The notes under the pieces were generated by a model that did no database searches, was not told the DNA's origin, and saw only the letters and a list, made by a program, of their open reading frames with translations. Made by a program: the position numbers and the translations under genes. A stretch of 35,204 bases of DNA from a virus (taxonomy: Duplodnaviria; Caudoviricetes): positions 1-35,204 of the IMG/VR virus record IMGVR_UViG_3300010234_000034; one strand, 5' to 3'. Positions within the stretch are counted from its first letter, which is position 1; each line of letters starts with the position of its first letter. Shown in pieces: positions 28,134 to 34,922 of this stretch.

Positions 28134-28150
28134 TCCCTTAATTATAACAT

Positions 28151-28417
28151 TTAAAACAGTTTCCCGTTATATCCTGGTATATATCCTAAATTCAACTGCG
28201 CTTCTTGTGATAGAACTTCCTTCTTATCGTAGTCTGTCCCCCTCAAATCCTTTCTGTCGCTTAGTATTTGTCTCCATAACCTATCAGCTCCAAGTATTGC
28301 ATGAACTAGATCCTCACCTTCGTTAGATTGTGTGAACCTGAATATTGCCAAGTTCTTATGTCTACGCTCTCTGGCCCACACGTTGTCCTCTAAGAATTTT
28401 GTGAGTTTATCTTTCAT
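28151..28417 (-). CDS. Hypothetical protein (last gene of the repeat-linked array)
   Basis: ATG lies within the 17-bp repeat. Confidence 0.7.
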   Translation of the reverse strand: MKDKLTKFLEDNVWARERRHKNLAIFRFTQSNEGEDLVHAILGADRLWRQILSDRKDLRGTDYDKKEVLSQEAQLNLGYIPGYNGKLF

Positions 28418-28418
28418 A

Positions 28419-28607
28419 TTACTTTAGGTTATCTAATAATGTTTTTGCCTTCTCATAATCTTCAGAAGATATTTTGTCCTCTATAAAAGCTCTGTCTAAA
28501 ATTCTTTTAATTTCTTTTCTTTTGTGATGATTGGTTAACCCGATGAGGTCTGTTGGTATAGATATTATGTCGTCTACCAAACTAAACAATCCTTTAATTA
28601 TTCCCAT
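28419..28607 (-). CDS. Small hypothetical protein (cassette)
   Basis: 62 aa; starts and ends in repeat copies (…DNLK*). Confidence 0.7.
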   Translation of the reverse strand: MGIIKGLFSLVDDIISIPTDLIGLTNHHKRKEIKRILDRAFIEDKISSEDYEKAKTLLDNLK

Positions 28608-28628
28608 ATTACTTTAGGTTATTGATAA

Positions 28629-28805
28629 TTAAATACGATTGTATAGTTCTTGTAATTCTCTTGGCAATTTAACTTTTTTCCTCATCTTTTCTGGTAAATC
28701 TTGATAAGACACCAGCACATCAACTCCAGCAGAAAACACTCTTTGTTTTGATTTGGCTTCTTTAATAAAAGCTATTGACTCTTTTAGTTTTCTTTGTAAG
28801 TCCAT
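28629..28805 (-). CDS. Small hypothetical protein (58 aa, MDLQRKLKES...LYNRI; cassette)
   Basis: Translated by hand; ATG from the repeat; stops just before the next repeat. Confidence 0.65.
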   Translation of the reverse strand: MDLQRKLKESIAFIKEAKSKQRVFSAGVDVLVSYQDLPEKMRKKVKLPRELQELYNRI

Positions 28806-28806
28806 A

Positions 28807-29265
28807 TTACTTTAGGTTATCTTTAATAAAGTGACACAAGCCAACAATAAGCTCTCGTTCAATGTTATCTGCTTGGGGGTAAGAAAGTTCGCTCTGAAGT
28901 TTCTCAAAAATAACTCTGTCGTCTTTTGATGCCTGAAAAACCCACTCTCTTTTGTCACAATCCTTCTCGTAGCAATAATCCTCGTCTTTATGTGATTCAA
29001 TGGGGCATTTTGTGACCTCATAACCAAGATAAAAAGAATACTCACCGGCACCGCATCCAACATAATCATCAGAGCCATAAACAGATACACTTTCATCCTT
29101 CTCGTATTCCTTCCGTTTAGCTATCTCTAGAAATCTTTTTGCATTAGACAAACGATAACCAAGCTCTTTTACTTCCCCCTGTGGTGTTTGTGGGTCATCA
29201 TACTTCTCCTGAAGTTCATCAACTAATTTTTGGTAACCCTCAACTCCTTTGACTTCATCATACAT
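28807..29265 (-). CDS. Hypothetical protein (cassette)
   Basis: 152 aa; starts and ends in repeat copies (…DNLK*). Confidence 0.72.
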   Translation of the reverse strand: MYDEVKGVEGYQKLVDELQEKYDDPQTPQGEVKELGYRLSNAKRFLEIAKRKEYEKDESVSVYGSDDYVGCGAGEYSFYLGYEVTKCPIESHKDEDYCYEKDCDKREWVFQASKDDRVIFEKLQSELSYPQADNIERELIVGLCHFIKDNLK

Positions 29266-29266
29266 A

Positions 29267-29440
29267 TTACTTTAGGTTAGAGTCTAATAATTTCTCAAAT
29301 GTCGGCATCCAATCCTTTAAGTAGGGCAAATCATAATCAACCCCTTCTTGTTCTAGTTCGTATATATTACGCTCTATTTGTCTTACCTTTGTCGCTAAAA
29401 AGATTAAAGCGTTTCTGGTTGTTGTGTGTTTATCTCTCAT
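29267..29440 (-). CDS. Small hypothetical protein (57 aa, MRDKHTTTRN...DSNLK; cassette)
   Basis: Translated by hand; stop lies in the repeat. Confidence 0.65.
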   Translation of the reverse strand: MRDKHTTTRNALIFLATKVRQIERNIYELEQEGVDYDLPYLKDWMPTFEKLLDSNLK

Positions 29441-29657
29441 CTCTCTTTAGGTTATTGATAATGGTGTCTAGGGCTTCGTCAAAGATGTGGTCTTCGCTCA
29501 TTTGAGTATCATCTGTTCTCTTTTCTCCCTCTATCATTTCCGCTATCTCTCTCCTCTGTTGTGTGAGGGACTGCCGATGACACTTACCACAGCAGTAGTC
29601 GTAATATTGTGAGTGTTTACAAGTTGAGTGTATCTCTGGTTCTAGTATTTGTTTCAT
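29430..29657 (-). CDS. Hypothetical protein
   Basis: 75 aa; ATGA coupling; ends …NNLKRDER over the partial repeat. Confidence 0.65.
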   Translation of the reverse strand: MKQILEPEIHSTCKHSQYYDYCCGKCHRQSLTQQRREIAEMIEGEKRTDDTQMSEDHIFDEALDTIINNLKRDER

Positions 29658-30082
29658 ATAAGTTCTGCTTTATCCAACTGGTTGTTGTAGTCGTTGGGAT
29701 CTGGTACTGGTATTCCGTTCTCTTCAAAATACCTTATAGCGTTCTCAATAGCCTTGCTCATGGTCTCGTGGTTGGATTGAGCCAATGACTTACCTACTTT
29801 ATATGCTGTATCTTTAGTCTTAACGTAGCGGTAGTTGAACTCTTGGCGCATTAAGTCTTGAGCGTCATTTATGGTCATTCGGTGGTAGTTTGCAAACTCA
29901 GGGACTAGAGCACCGAACCAATAGCCGAGTTGAGCTTGTGATTTAGTGCCTTTGTAGTCCTCCACCTTCATTCTAATTTGCTTTCCTTTTCTATCCCTAC
30001 ACCAGTCCTGCCAGATAGCTAACTGTGTAGGTGTCCAATCCACCTTACCTTCCTCATTTATTTTTAAGATGAATGTTCTCAT
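29654..30082 (-). CDS. NinB/Orf-like recombination accessory protein
   Basis: KSQAQLGYWFGALVP...MSKAIE...GIPVPDP pattern; next to the SSB-like gene. Confidence 0.55.
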   Translation of the reverse strand: MRTFILKINEEGKVDWTPTQLAIWQDWCRDRKGKQIRMKVEDYKGTKSQAQLGYWFGALVPEFANYHRMTINDAQDLMRQEFNYRYVKTKDTAYKVGKSLAQSNHETMSKAIENAIRYFEENGIPVPDPNDYNNQLDKAELI

Positions 30083-30085
30083 GGT

Positions 30086-30610
30086 TTAGAAATCGTCTAA
30101 GCTCTCTTCCTTCTTTTTCTCAAATGGGTCTTTCCCGTCAAATAGTGCATCTAGGTTTACTGGTGTTGTAACCATTGCACCCTTGATTGTATCTGTTAGG
30201 TCTGTTGCTGGGTTTGCAACCACGTTGTACTCGGTATCATCTCTAGTAGTTCCCTTTCGAGTAATTACAATATCGTAGTTCTTTGGATCTCCCCACGCTT
30301 CGTTCTCAACGTAAGCCTCTATCGCTGTTCGGATAGTCTTCTGTGTTACTTGCATGATTTGAACTCTCTCTTGTGCGTAGTTCCATACAGTAAACGCCCA
30401 GAAGTATTTTGGCTCTTTGCCGTCTGGTCCGAATGGTGGTTGTTCTCCCATTCTGTATCGCACTGGCGCTCTCTTCCCATCCTCTTCACTCCACCCCTCG
30501 TAGCCTATAATTGCACTGGATAGAATCCTTAATTTGTGTGTACCTTCTGTTAGTTTTGTGTAGTTTCCTTTTGACACTGGTTCTTTATGATCTTTTGGTA
30601 AAAATGACAT
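30086..30610 (-). CDS. Single-stranded DNA-binding-like protein
   Basis: KLRILS..GYEGW..PKYFWAFTVWN..WGDPKNYDIVITRKG..DTEY; acidic tail ESLDDF. Confidence 0.62.
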   Translation of the reverse strand: MSFLPKDHKEPVSKGNYTKLTEGTHKLRILSSAIIGYEGWSEEDGKRAPVRYRMGEQPPFGPDGKEPKYFWAFTVWNYAQERVQIMQVTQKTIRTAIEAYVENEAWGDPKNYDIVITRKGTTRDDTEYNVVANPATDLTDTIKGAMVTTPVNLDALFDGKDPFEKKKEESLDDF

Positions 30611-30623
30611 ATATTTATTTTAA

Positions 30624-30803
30624 TTAACTATAATGTTCCCCTGCTAATAAATCCCCGACCCCGAATCTAGTGTGTAACTTGTAGCCGATCATTTGTTTTC
30701 TATGACCGTGTGCCCTTCGGTACTTGGTTACTAGATTGTTATATTCTTTTCTGTCGAGTTCGTTTCTCCTACGCTCCCGACCTTCTTTGGTTGATGTGTC
30801 CAT
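30624..30803 (-). CDS. Small basic protein (59 aa, MDTSTKEGRERRR...)
   Basis: Translated by hand; TAATTATATG junction. Confidence 0.6.
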   Translation of the reverse strand: MDTSTKEGRERRRNELDRKEYNNLVTKYRRAHGHRKQMIGYKLHTRFGVGDLLAGEHYS

Positions 30804-30807
30804 ATAA

Positions 30808-30900
30808 TTATTTAGATTTTCTTAATTTTCTATTAATAAGAATTGTTTGTATAACCAAGCCCACCCAAACTCCTGCAAAAAATGTTAGTAATATTTCCAT
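30808..30900 (-). CDS. 30-aa membrane peptide MEILLTFFAGVWVGLVIQTILINRKLRKSK
   Basis: Translated by hand; same TAATTATATG junction on both sides. Confidence 0.6.
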   Translation of the reverse strand: MEILLTFFAGVWVGLVIQTILINRKLRKSK

Positions 30901-30904
30901 ATAA

Positions 30905-31057
30905 TTATAATTCGTTTAATAATTCCCTAATCTCTTTTACTTTGTCCAGAATCTCTGTGGCTGTATGAGCCCTCTCCTCTTGTGTCCCAGCCTCATCTCC
31001 GTTCCAAGCTCCAGCGACCTCTTCTGCATACTTTTGCATTTCGTCTAATGTTTTCAT
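30905..31057 (-). CDS. Small acidic protein (50 aa, MKTLDEMQKY...)
   Basis: Translated by hand; ATGA coupling. Confidence 0.62.
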   Translation of the reverse strand: MKTLDEMQKYAEEVAGAWNGDEAGTQEERAHTATEILDKVKEIRELLNEL

Positions 31058-31224
31058 ACTTTTGTTTTATCGTAATAATCTTCACCCCCCTCCTCAAAAT
31101 ATGTATCTGCTCTCTTGACCATATCTATATCTTTATCAGTTCCCACCCAGATGTCATCGTCTTCAAAGTTCCCCTGTGTAAGAATCATAAACGATAACCT
31201 GTTGTGTAATTCGTATGCCAACAT
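31054..31224 (-). CDS. Small acidic protein (56 aa, MLAYELHNRL...)
   Basis: Translated by hand; starts 2 nt after the upstream stop. Confidence 0.58.
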   Translation of the reverse strand: MLAYELHNRLSFMILTQGNFEDDDIWVGTDKDIDMVKRADTYFEEGGEDYYDKTKV

Positions 31225-31226
31225 GA

Positions 31227-31370
31227 TTAGAATATTAGTTTAATAATGTTTGTTGTGATCGCCCCTAGATAGAATCCGTCTACTGGTGTTTGACCACTTA
31301 CTACCCACGCCATTGCTCCTAGAAAGTCTACTGCGAGAACTATTAGGATTGCTGTGTAAATATATTTCAT
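31227..31370 (-). CDS. 47-aa membrane peptide (MKYIYTAILIVLAVDFLGAMAWVV...)
   Basis: Translated by hand; first ORF after a structured leader. Confidence 0.62.
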   Translation of the reverse strand: MKYIYTAILIVLAVDFLGAMAWVVSGQTPVDGFYLGAITTNIIKLIF

Positions 31371-31379
31371 AATGTGTTT

Positions 31380-31434
31380 CCCTTTACTCCAGACTGCCGC
31401 TAACGACGAACAGTCCAGAGTAGAGGGCGTTAGC
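31380..31434 (-). promoter_or_regulatory. Structured 5' leader: hairpin whose loop CGTTAGC is complementary to upstream GCTAACG
   Basis: Stem 31380-31427 with G-U pairs on the minus strand; complement at 31428-31434. Confidence 0.62.
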
Positions 31435-31463
31435 TAATAATCTGTTAATATCTCGACACCTTT

Positions 31464-31508
31464 ATAATAACAGAACCTTCAAAACTTGCAATTTAACAAT
31501 GTGGATAA
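31464..31508 (-). promoter_or_regulatory. Sigma70-type promoter (TTGCAA-N16-TATTAT, extended TG) with an upstream DnaA-type box
   Basis: -35 at 31486-31491, -10 at 31464-31469, TGTGGATAA at 31500-31508 (+). Confidence 0.6.
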
Positions 31509-31532
31509 CTCAAACAACCGCTCTGCTTAGGT

Positions 31533-31700
31533 CTAGTCTTCCCGTAAACACGGCAAACAGAACACTTGGTCTTTTCCCCTAGTTCTTACGAACAACCCGT
31601 TGCCTTTACTCTTGCATTTCTTACTCTTACACATTGGATATTTCTTGGGTTTCATTTTGTTTGCGTTTATTCCTATTGCGTTTGCTTTTATATTTTTCAT
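31533..31700 (-). CDS. Small basic Cys-containing protein (55 aa)
   Basis: Translated by hand; CKSKKC...CLPC; TAATATG junction. Confidence 0.55.
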   Translation of the reverse strand: MKNIKANAIGINANKMKPKKYPMCKSKKCKSKGNGLFVRTRGKDQVFCLPCLRED

Positions 31701-31701
31701 A

Positions 31702-31986
31702 TTATCTTTCTGGACATACCCAATAAAATTTAGAGAAGTTACCTCTCGCCATGCAATCTTTATACAACAACTCTAGCTCTCCCATTTGGTTCTTCAGTAT
31801 CGGGTGCTTGTTAATTTGGATAGCGACTCTCTTCTTTGTGGTTGGCTTGTACTTCGTTCCCCTTCGTAGATCATTGATGCCTTCTGTGATCTTGCAGACA
31901 AGCTCGTCTTTCCTGTTCTTGTATTCAGACTCTTGGTTGAGGAACTTATTTAGATAGTTTGGTTGAATATCCACGGTTCTATACAT
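31702..31986 (-). CDS. Hypothetical protein
   Basis: 94-aa ORF coupled to neighbours. Confidence 0.7.
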   Translation of the reverse strand: MYRTVDIQPNYLNKFLNQESEYKNRKDELVCKITEGINDLRRGTKYKPTTKKRVAIQINKHPILKNQMGELELLYKDCMARGNFSKFYWVCPER

Positions 31987-32167
31987 TAGTGTTTGTTAAA
32001 TCTACATCTTTGTGTTCCTCACAGTAATCACCAAGCCATTCAGCATCTCCGTTCATAACAGTTGGATAGTAGAAACCTCTGTGATTGGGTTTGTTGTCGC
32101 ATAACTCACATTTGTCTTTATATATGTAAGCTCCTTTTTCCATTGAGTATGTGTTTGCTTTTGCCAT
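31979..32167 (-). CDS. Small Zn-binding protein (CELC...CEEH)
   Basis: 62 aa; TAGAAT 6 nt upstream of the ATG. Confidence 0.62.
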   Translation of the reverse strand: MAKANTYSMEKGAYIYKDKCELCDNKPNHRGFYYPTVMNGDAEWLGDYCEEHKDVDLTNTNV

Positions 32168-32588
32168 ATAAATATTCTAACCCCTGTAATCTGTTTGTCT
32201 AATACAGAATGTGGATAAACTATTTGTTCTCCTTTCTTCATAAACAGCCCCGCTTTTACTTCTAATAAGCAACACTCTGAGGGTTATTTATTACTACATA
32301 TCGGATATAAACAGACTGGCTACTCCTAGCATTTGTTTATATTTAAATAGATACGATGCTGATTAGGCGGCACGGACAGAGCGGTCAACTGTTTTTCCGT
32401 GCATTCTCATCAACACCTTATGTATTCTTTGAGATGAACTGGGTGGGAGAAATGTCTGCAGACAAGGTGGTTGGTATCGATCCAACTTAAAACTTATTTT
32501 ACCTAAAACCTCTTCCCCCACTCAATTCACCTCCATTTAGAGGACAAAGTTAAACAGATTGCCCTAAAGCTGGTGTGATATATAGTTG

Positions 32589-32762
32589 TTAAAGAAATCT
32601 TTTATATAATTGTCTACACACAGCGAAAACACCCTCCTCTTTGAAGATATCTCTTATCATTTGTGATACTGGCATTGAACAGTGAGGACAAACAGAAAGT
32701 ATCCCGTCCATCTCTAGTTCTCTATACCACTCATCGTTACATTGTGTGCAGTTATATTTCAT
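32589..32762 (-). CDS. Zn-ribbon protein (57 aa)
   Basis: CTQC...CPHC; ATG 32762 just after the leader hairpin. Confidence 0.62.
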   Translation of the reverse strand: MKYNCTQCNDEWYRELEMDGILSVCPHCSMPVSQMIRDIFKEEGVFAVCRQLYKRFL

Positions 32763-32770
32763 AAAAGAAA

Positions 32771-32865
32771 AAAGACTACTCAACGAAGGAAGCTGTTCCA
32801 GGCTCGGGTGAACCTTTTGGAGTAAAACTCCCTTCCTTCGTTCAATAGTCTTTGAAATTACCCGA
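32771..32865 (-). promoter_or_regulatory. Structured 5' leader: branched 22-bp stem whose inner loop ACCCGA is complementary to upstream TCGGGT
   Basis: 21 of 22 positions pair over 32771-32853; complement at 32860-32865. Confidence 0.62.
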
Positions 32866-32885
32866 TAATATTTGAACAGACCTAT

Positions 32886-32915
32886 ATTATATCACCTCCG
32901 TATTAAATATGTCAA
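32886..32915 (-). promoter_or_regulatory. Consensus sigma70 promoter TTGACA-N18-TATAAT with extended TG
   Basis: -35 at 32910-32915, -10 at 32886-32891. Confidence 0.8.
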
Positions 32916-33174
32916 TCCCAGAGACTCTCCCACAGTGGATAAGTCCAGTTCATAAATATGGTCATTGGTACAAAAAATACGCCCAGGATCAAGAACAAAA
33001 GTTTTTTTGCTATAGACGTAGCCATGAAACGGTACTATAATTATAAATGTCGGAAGTCGTCTCTTATGAGACAAAAAGCGTTAAGACAATAAAAGTATTT
33101 CCGCAAATTGAATATCTTTTCCTTGAATCGTCATTAGTAGTGGCGATTCTTTGGTTTTAAATTGTTACAGATAC

Positions 33175-33198
33175 AAAAAACACACCCTATTGGGCGTG
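33175..33198 (-). terminator. Intrinsic terminator
   Basis: CACGCCC-AATA-GGGTGTG followed by TTTTTT. Confidence 0.72.
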
Positions 33199-33246
33199 GT
33201 TGGTTGAGGTTTTTGAGAGAATTTTCTGTAACATTTGATAATTATA

Positions 33247-33738
33247 TCAAGAATTATCTATTCTCGCCAACTTTATTTCCCTCAGGGCTCTTCCTATAAT
33301 TTTCATCTCTTCATACGTGAATTTATTTCCCCGTAGCTTATTACAATCAAGACACGCCATTAGGACATTGGATGGGATATATCCAACATTATTGTCTTTC
33401 CTCTCCACGGAAAGCTTGTCGGTATCTGGTATGAATTTACAATAAACACATTTTGTATCTGGAGAGAACAGTGAGTAGAATTGGTCTTTGGTTAAATCGT
33501 TTGTTTTATTCGTTCTTTTCAGTCTGTGACAAAAATGGGACCACTTTCTTGAGTACCACAACTTACCAAAAGCTCTTCTTCTGTGCTTAATACGTGCGTA
33601 ATTTCGGGTATAGTAATCTTTTGAGTATAGTTTCGAACAAGCTTTACAAATTGCATCAACCTCCCTTCTACCCCTACGACTTTTCACATAAAAGTTACCC
33701 AAATCTTTAGCTTTTTTACACTTAGAACAAATTTTCAT
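33247..33738 (-). CDS. HNH-family endonuclease with N-terminal Zn finger
   Basis: CSKC..CKAC; CVYC...SVERKDNNVGYIPSNVLMACLDCN. Confidence 0.78.
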   Translation of the reverse strand: MKICSKCKKAKDLGNFYVKSRRGRREVDAICKACSKLYSKDYYTRNYARIKHRRRAFGKLWYSRKWSHFCHRLKRTNKTNDLTKDQFYSLFSPDTKCVYCKFIPDTDKLSVERKDNNVGYIPSNVLMACLDCNKLRGNKFTYEEMKIIGRALREIKLARIDNS

Positions 33739-33754
33739 GTATCTATACTAACAC

Positions 33755-33918
33755 AAAACCGCTCATTTTGTAAACGGTCCTGGTGGACAGCCGTAACTAC
33801 ACATAAGTGTGTCGGTAGTTTTTTAGCCATCTCTTTATTGGGTTTAACGTCCAAGCCTAGACTGAGACGTGGTGTATGTCCATTTGTTGTAGTCTGTCCT
33901 ATCGGACATATCACCGTA
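33755..33918 (-). ncRNA. Candidate structured small RNA (about 160 nt)
   Basis: Bounded by TGTTATAAT (33923-33931) and a hairpin plus TTTT (33755-33779); internal GGTG-A-TATGTCC/GGACATA-CACC stem. Confidence 0.4.
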
Positions 33919-33944
33919 TCTAATTATAACATAAAGGGCATTAT

Positions 33945-34028
33945 AAAAGACAAAAACCCACCGAGGCGGGTCTCCGTCAAAGAGGCCGAAGCCTCAATGC
34001 CAGTGAAGGGTTACCCCAACACCAGCTC
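33945..34028 (-). ncRNA. Candidate small RNA (about 85 nt) with GNRA and UUCG tetraloops and a terminator
   Basis: GGG-GTAA-CCC stem (33999-34026), GAGGC-TTCG-GCCTC (33982-33995), terminator (33945-33973); upstream TTGCAA/TATTAT. Confidence 0.6.
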
Positions 34029-34062
34029 CAATATAATACACTATCATATTTATTTTGCAATA

Positions 34063-34092
34063 GAAAAACCCGCCATCGACTGCGGGTCTTTC
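34063..34092 (-). terminator. Intrinsic terminator after the lysin gene
   Basis: AGACCCGC-AGTCGATG-GCGGGTTT followed by TT. Confidence 0.65.
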
Positions 34093-34175
34093 CTTTTGGA
34101 GAATAACACTGTATGTCGGATACAGAAACGTTTGGTATACCGTTGTTTGTTATTCAGTTGTTGTAGTTTATAGAC

Positions 34176-34889
34176 TTACTTAGGTCTGTAGAATCCAATG
34201 ATCCTCTCATCATCGTAAGGAATCGTCCTGTGAGTGATCTCGTTATATTTATAATTCCCCTCCGCTACCATATAACCGTGTATATCAAAGCCTTTAATCA
34301 CAGCAACGTGAGCTGTATCTTCTTGATACTTGATGATCAACCCTCCTCCAACAACGGGTGCTGAGTTGGGCACTAGATCTACAGCATCTCCTCTCGGTAA
34401 ATCTAACCCTAGCCAACGAGCTGTTAGCACACATGAGCTGAACACCCTGTGATCTATCCATTCGCCGTATATCTTAACCTCAAGCTCTTGTCGGCCATAC
34501 TCCATAGCTCCATCATCCATCCATATATCAAAATACTCGCATTCATAACGAGCATTCATACGATCCTGCACCTCATACATTGTTCCGTCTATCTCAACCT
34601 CAGTTCCAAACTCTAAACAATTATTGGCAACTATTCCCCGTCTGACACGTTCACCAGAAGCGGTTATAAACGGAGTATCGTCTGTCTGACTTTCTTCGCT
34701 AGAATAGGCGGAAACTGACGCTAGGGTAACTATAGTGGGTTCGGGCTTTAAAACCTCTTGTGGGGCAATTTCAGGCGAATTAAACCCCTCCACAAGCACC
34801 AAGGGAGACCTTACGGGTAGCAAGGCATTATCATGTATTCCATATTCCGCTTCAACCGTTACAGGAGAGACTAGCGCCGTAGCGCCCAC
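34176..34889 (-). CDS. Cell-wall hydrolase: 3D (lytic transglycosylase-like) domain plus CHAP-like domain
   Basis: SAYSS..TASG..FGTEVEI..VQDRMN..FDIW (3D); SSCVLTAR..HVAVI..VAEGNY (CHAP-like); true start uncertain. Confidence 0.78.
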   Translation of the reverse strand: MGATALVSPVTVEAEYGIHDNALLPVRSPLVLVEGFNSPEIAPQEVLKPEPTIVTLASVSAYSSEESQTDDTPFITASGERVRRGIVANNCLEFGTEVEIDGTMYEVQDRMNARYECEYFDIWMDDGAMEYGRQELEVKIYGEWIDHRVFSSCVLTARWLGLDLPRGDAVDLVPNSAPVVGGGLIIKYQEDTAHVAVIKGFDIHGYMVAEGNYKYNEITHRTIPYDDERIIGFYRPK

Positions 34890-34922
34890 GAGAAATCCAA
34901 TGATTGTGTTTAAGATAGGCTA

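Larger units (their letters stand above)
28415..29462 (-). repeat. Dispersed direct repeat TAACCTAAAGTAATATG (17 bp) x4 plus one partial copy
   Basis: Identical copies at 28415-28431, 28605-28621, 28803-28819 and 29263-29279; partial ATTATCAATAACCTAAAG at 29445-29462 is identical to 28612-28629. Confidence 0.95.

Noticed and set aside
28415-29279. 17-bp repeats as a CRISPR array
   Set aside because: The repeat is too short, the intervals are 190-460 bp and each is an ORF, and there are no cas genes
28812-33074. Minus-strand ORFs 28812-29096, 32053-32241 and 32892-33074 (also 677-907, 3397-3624, 11733-11963)
   Set aside because: They are alternative frames over better-supported genes, or run across a consensus promoter
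33781-33793. Minus-strand ...GTCCACCA resembling a tRNA/tmRNA 3' end or att site
   Set aside because: No T-arm (GTTCRA) or cloverleaf upstream, and no integrase
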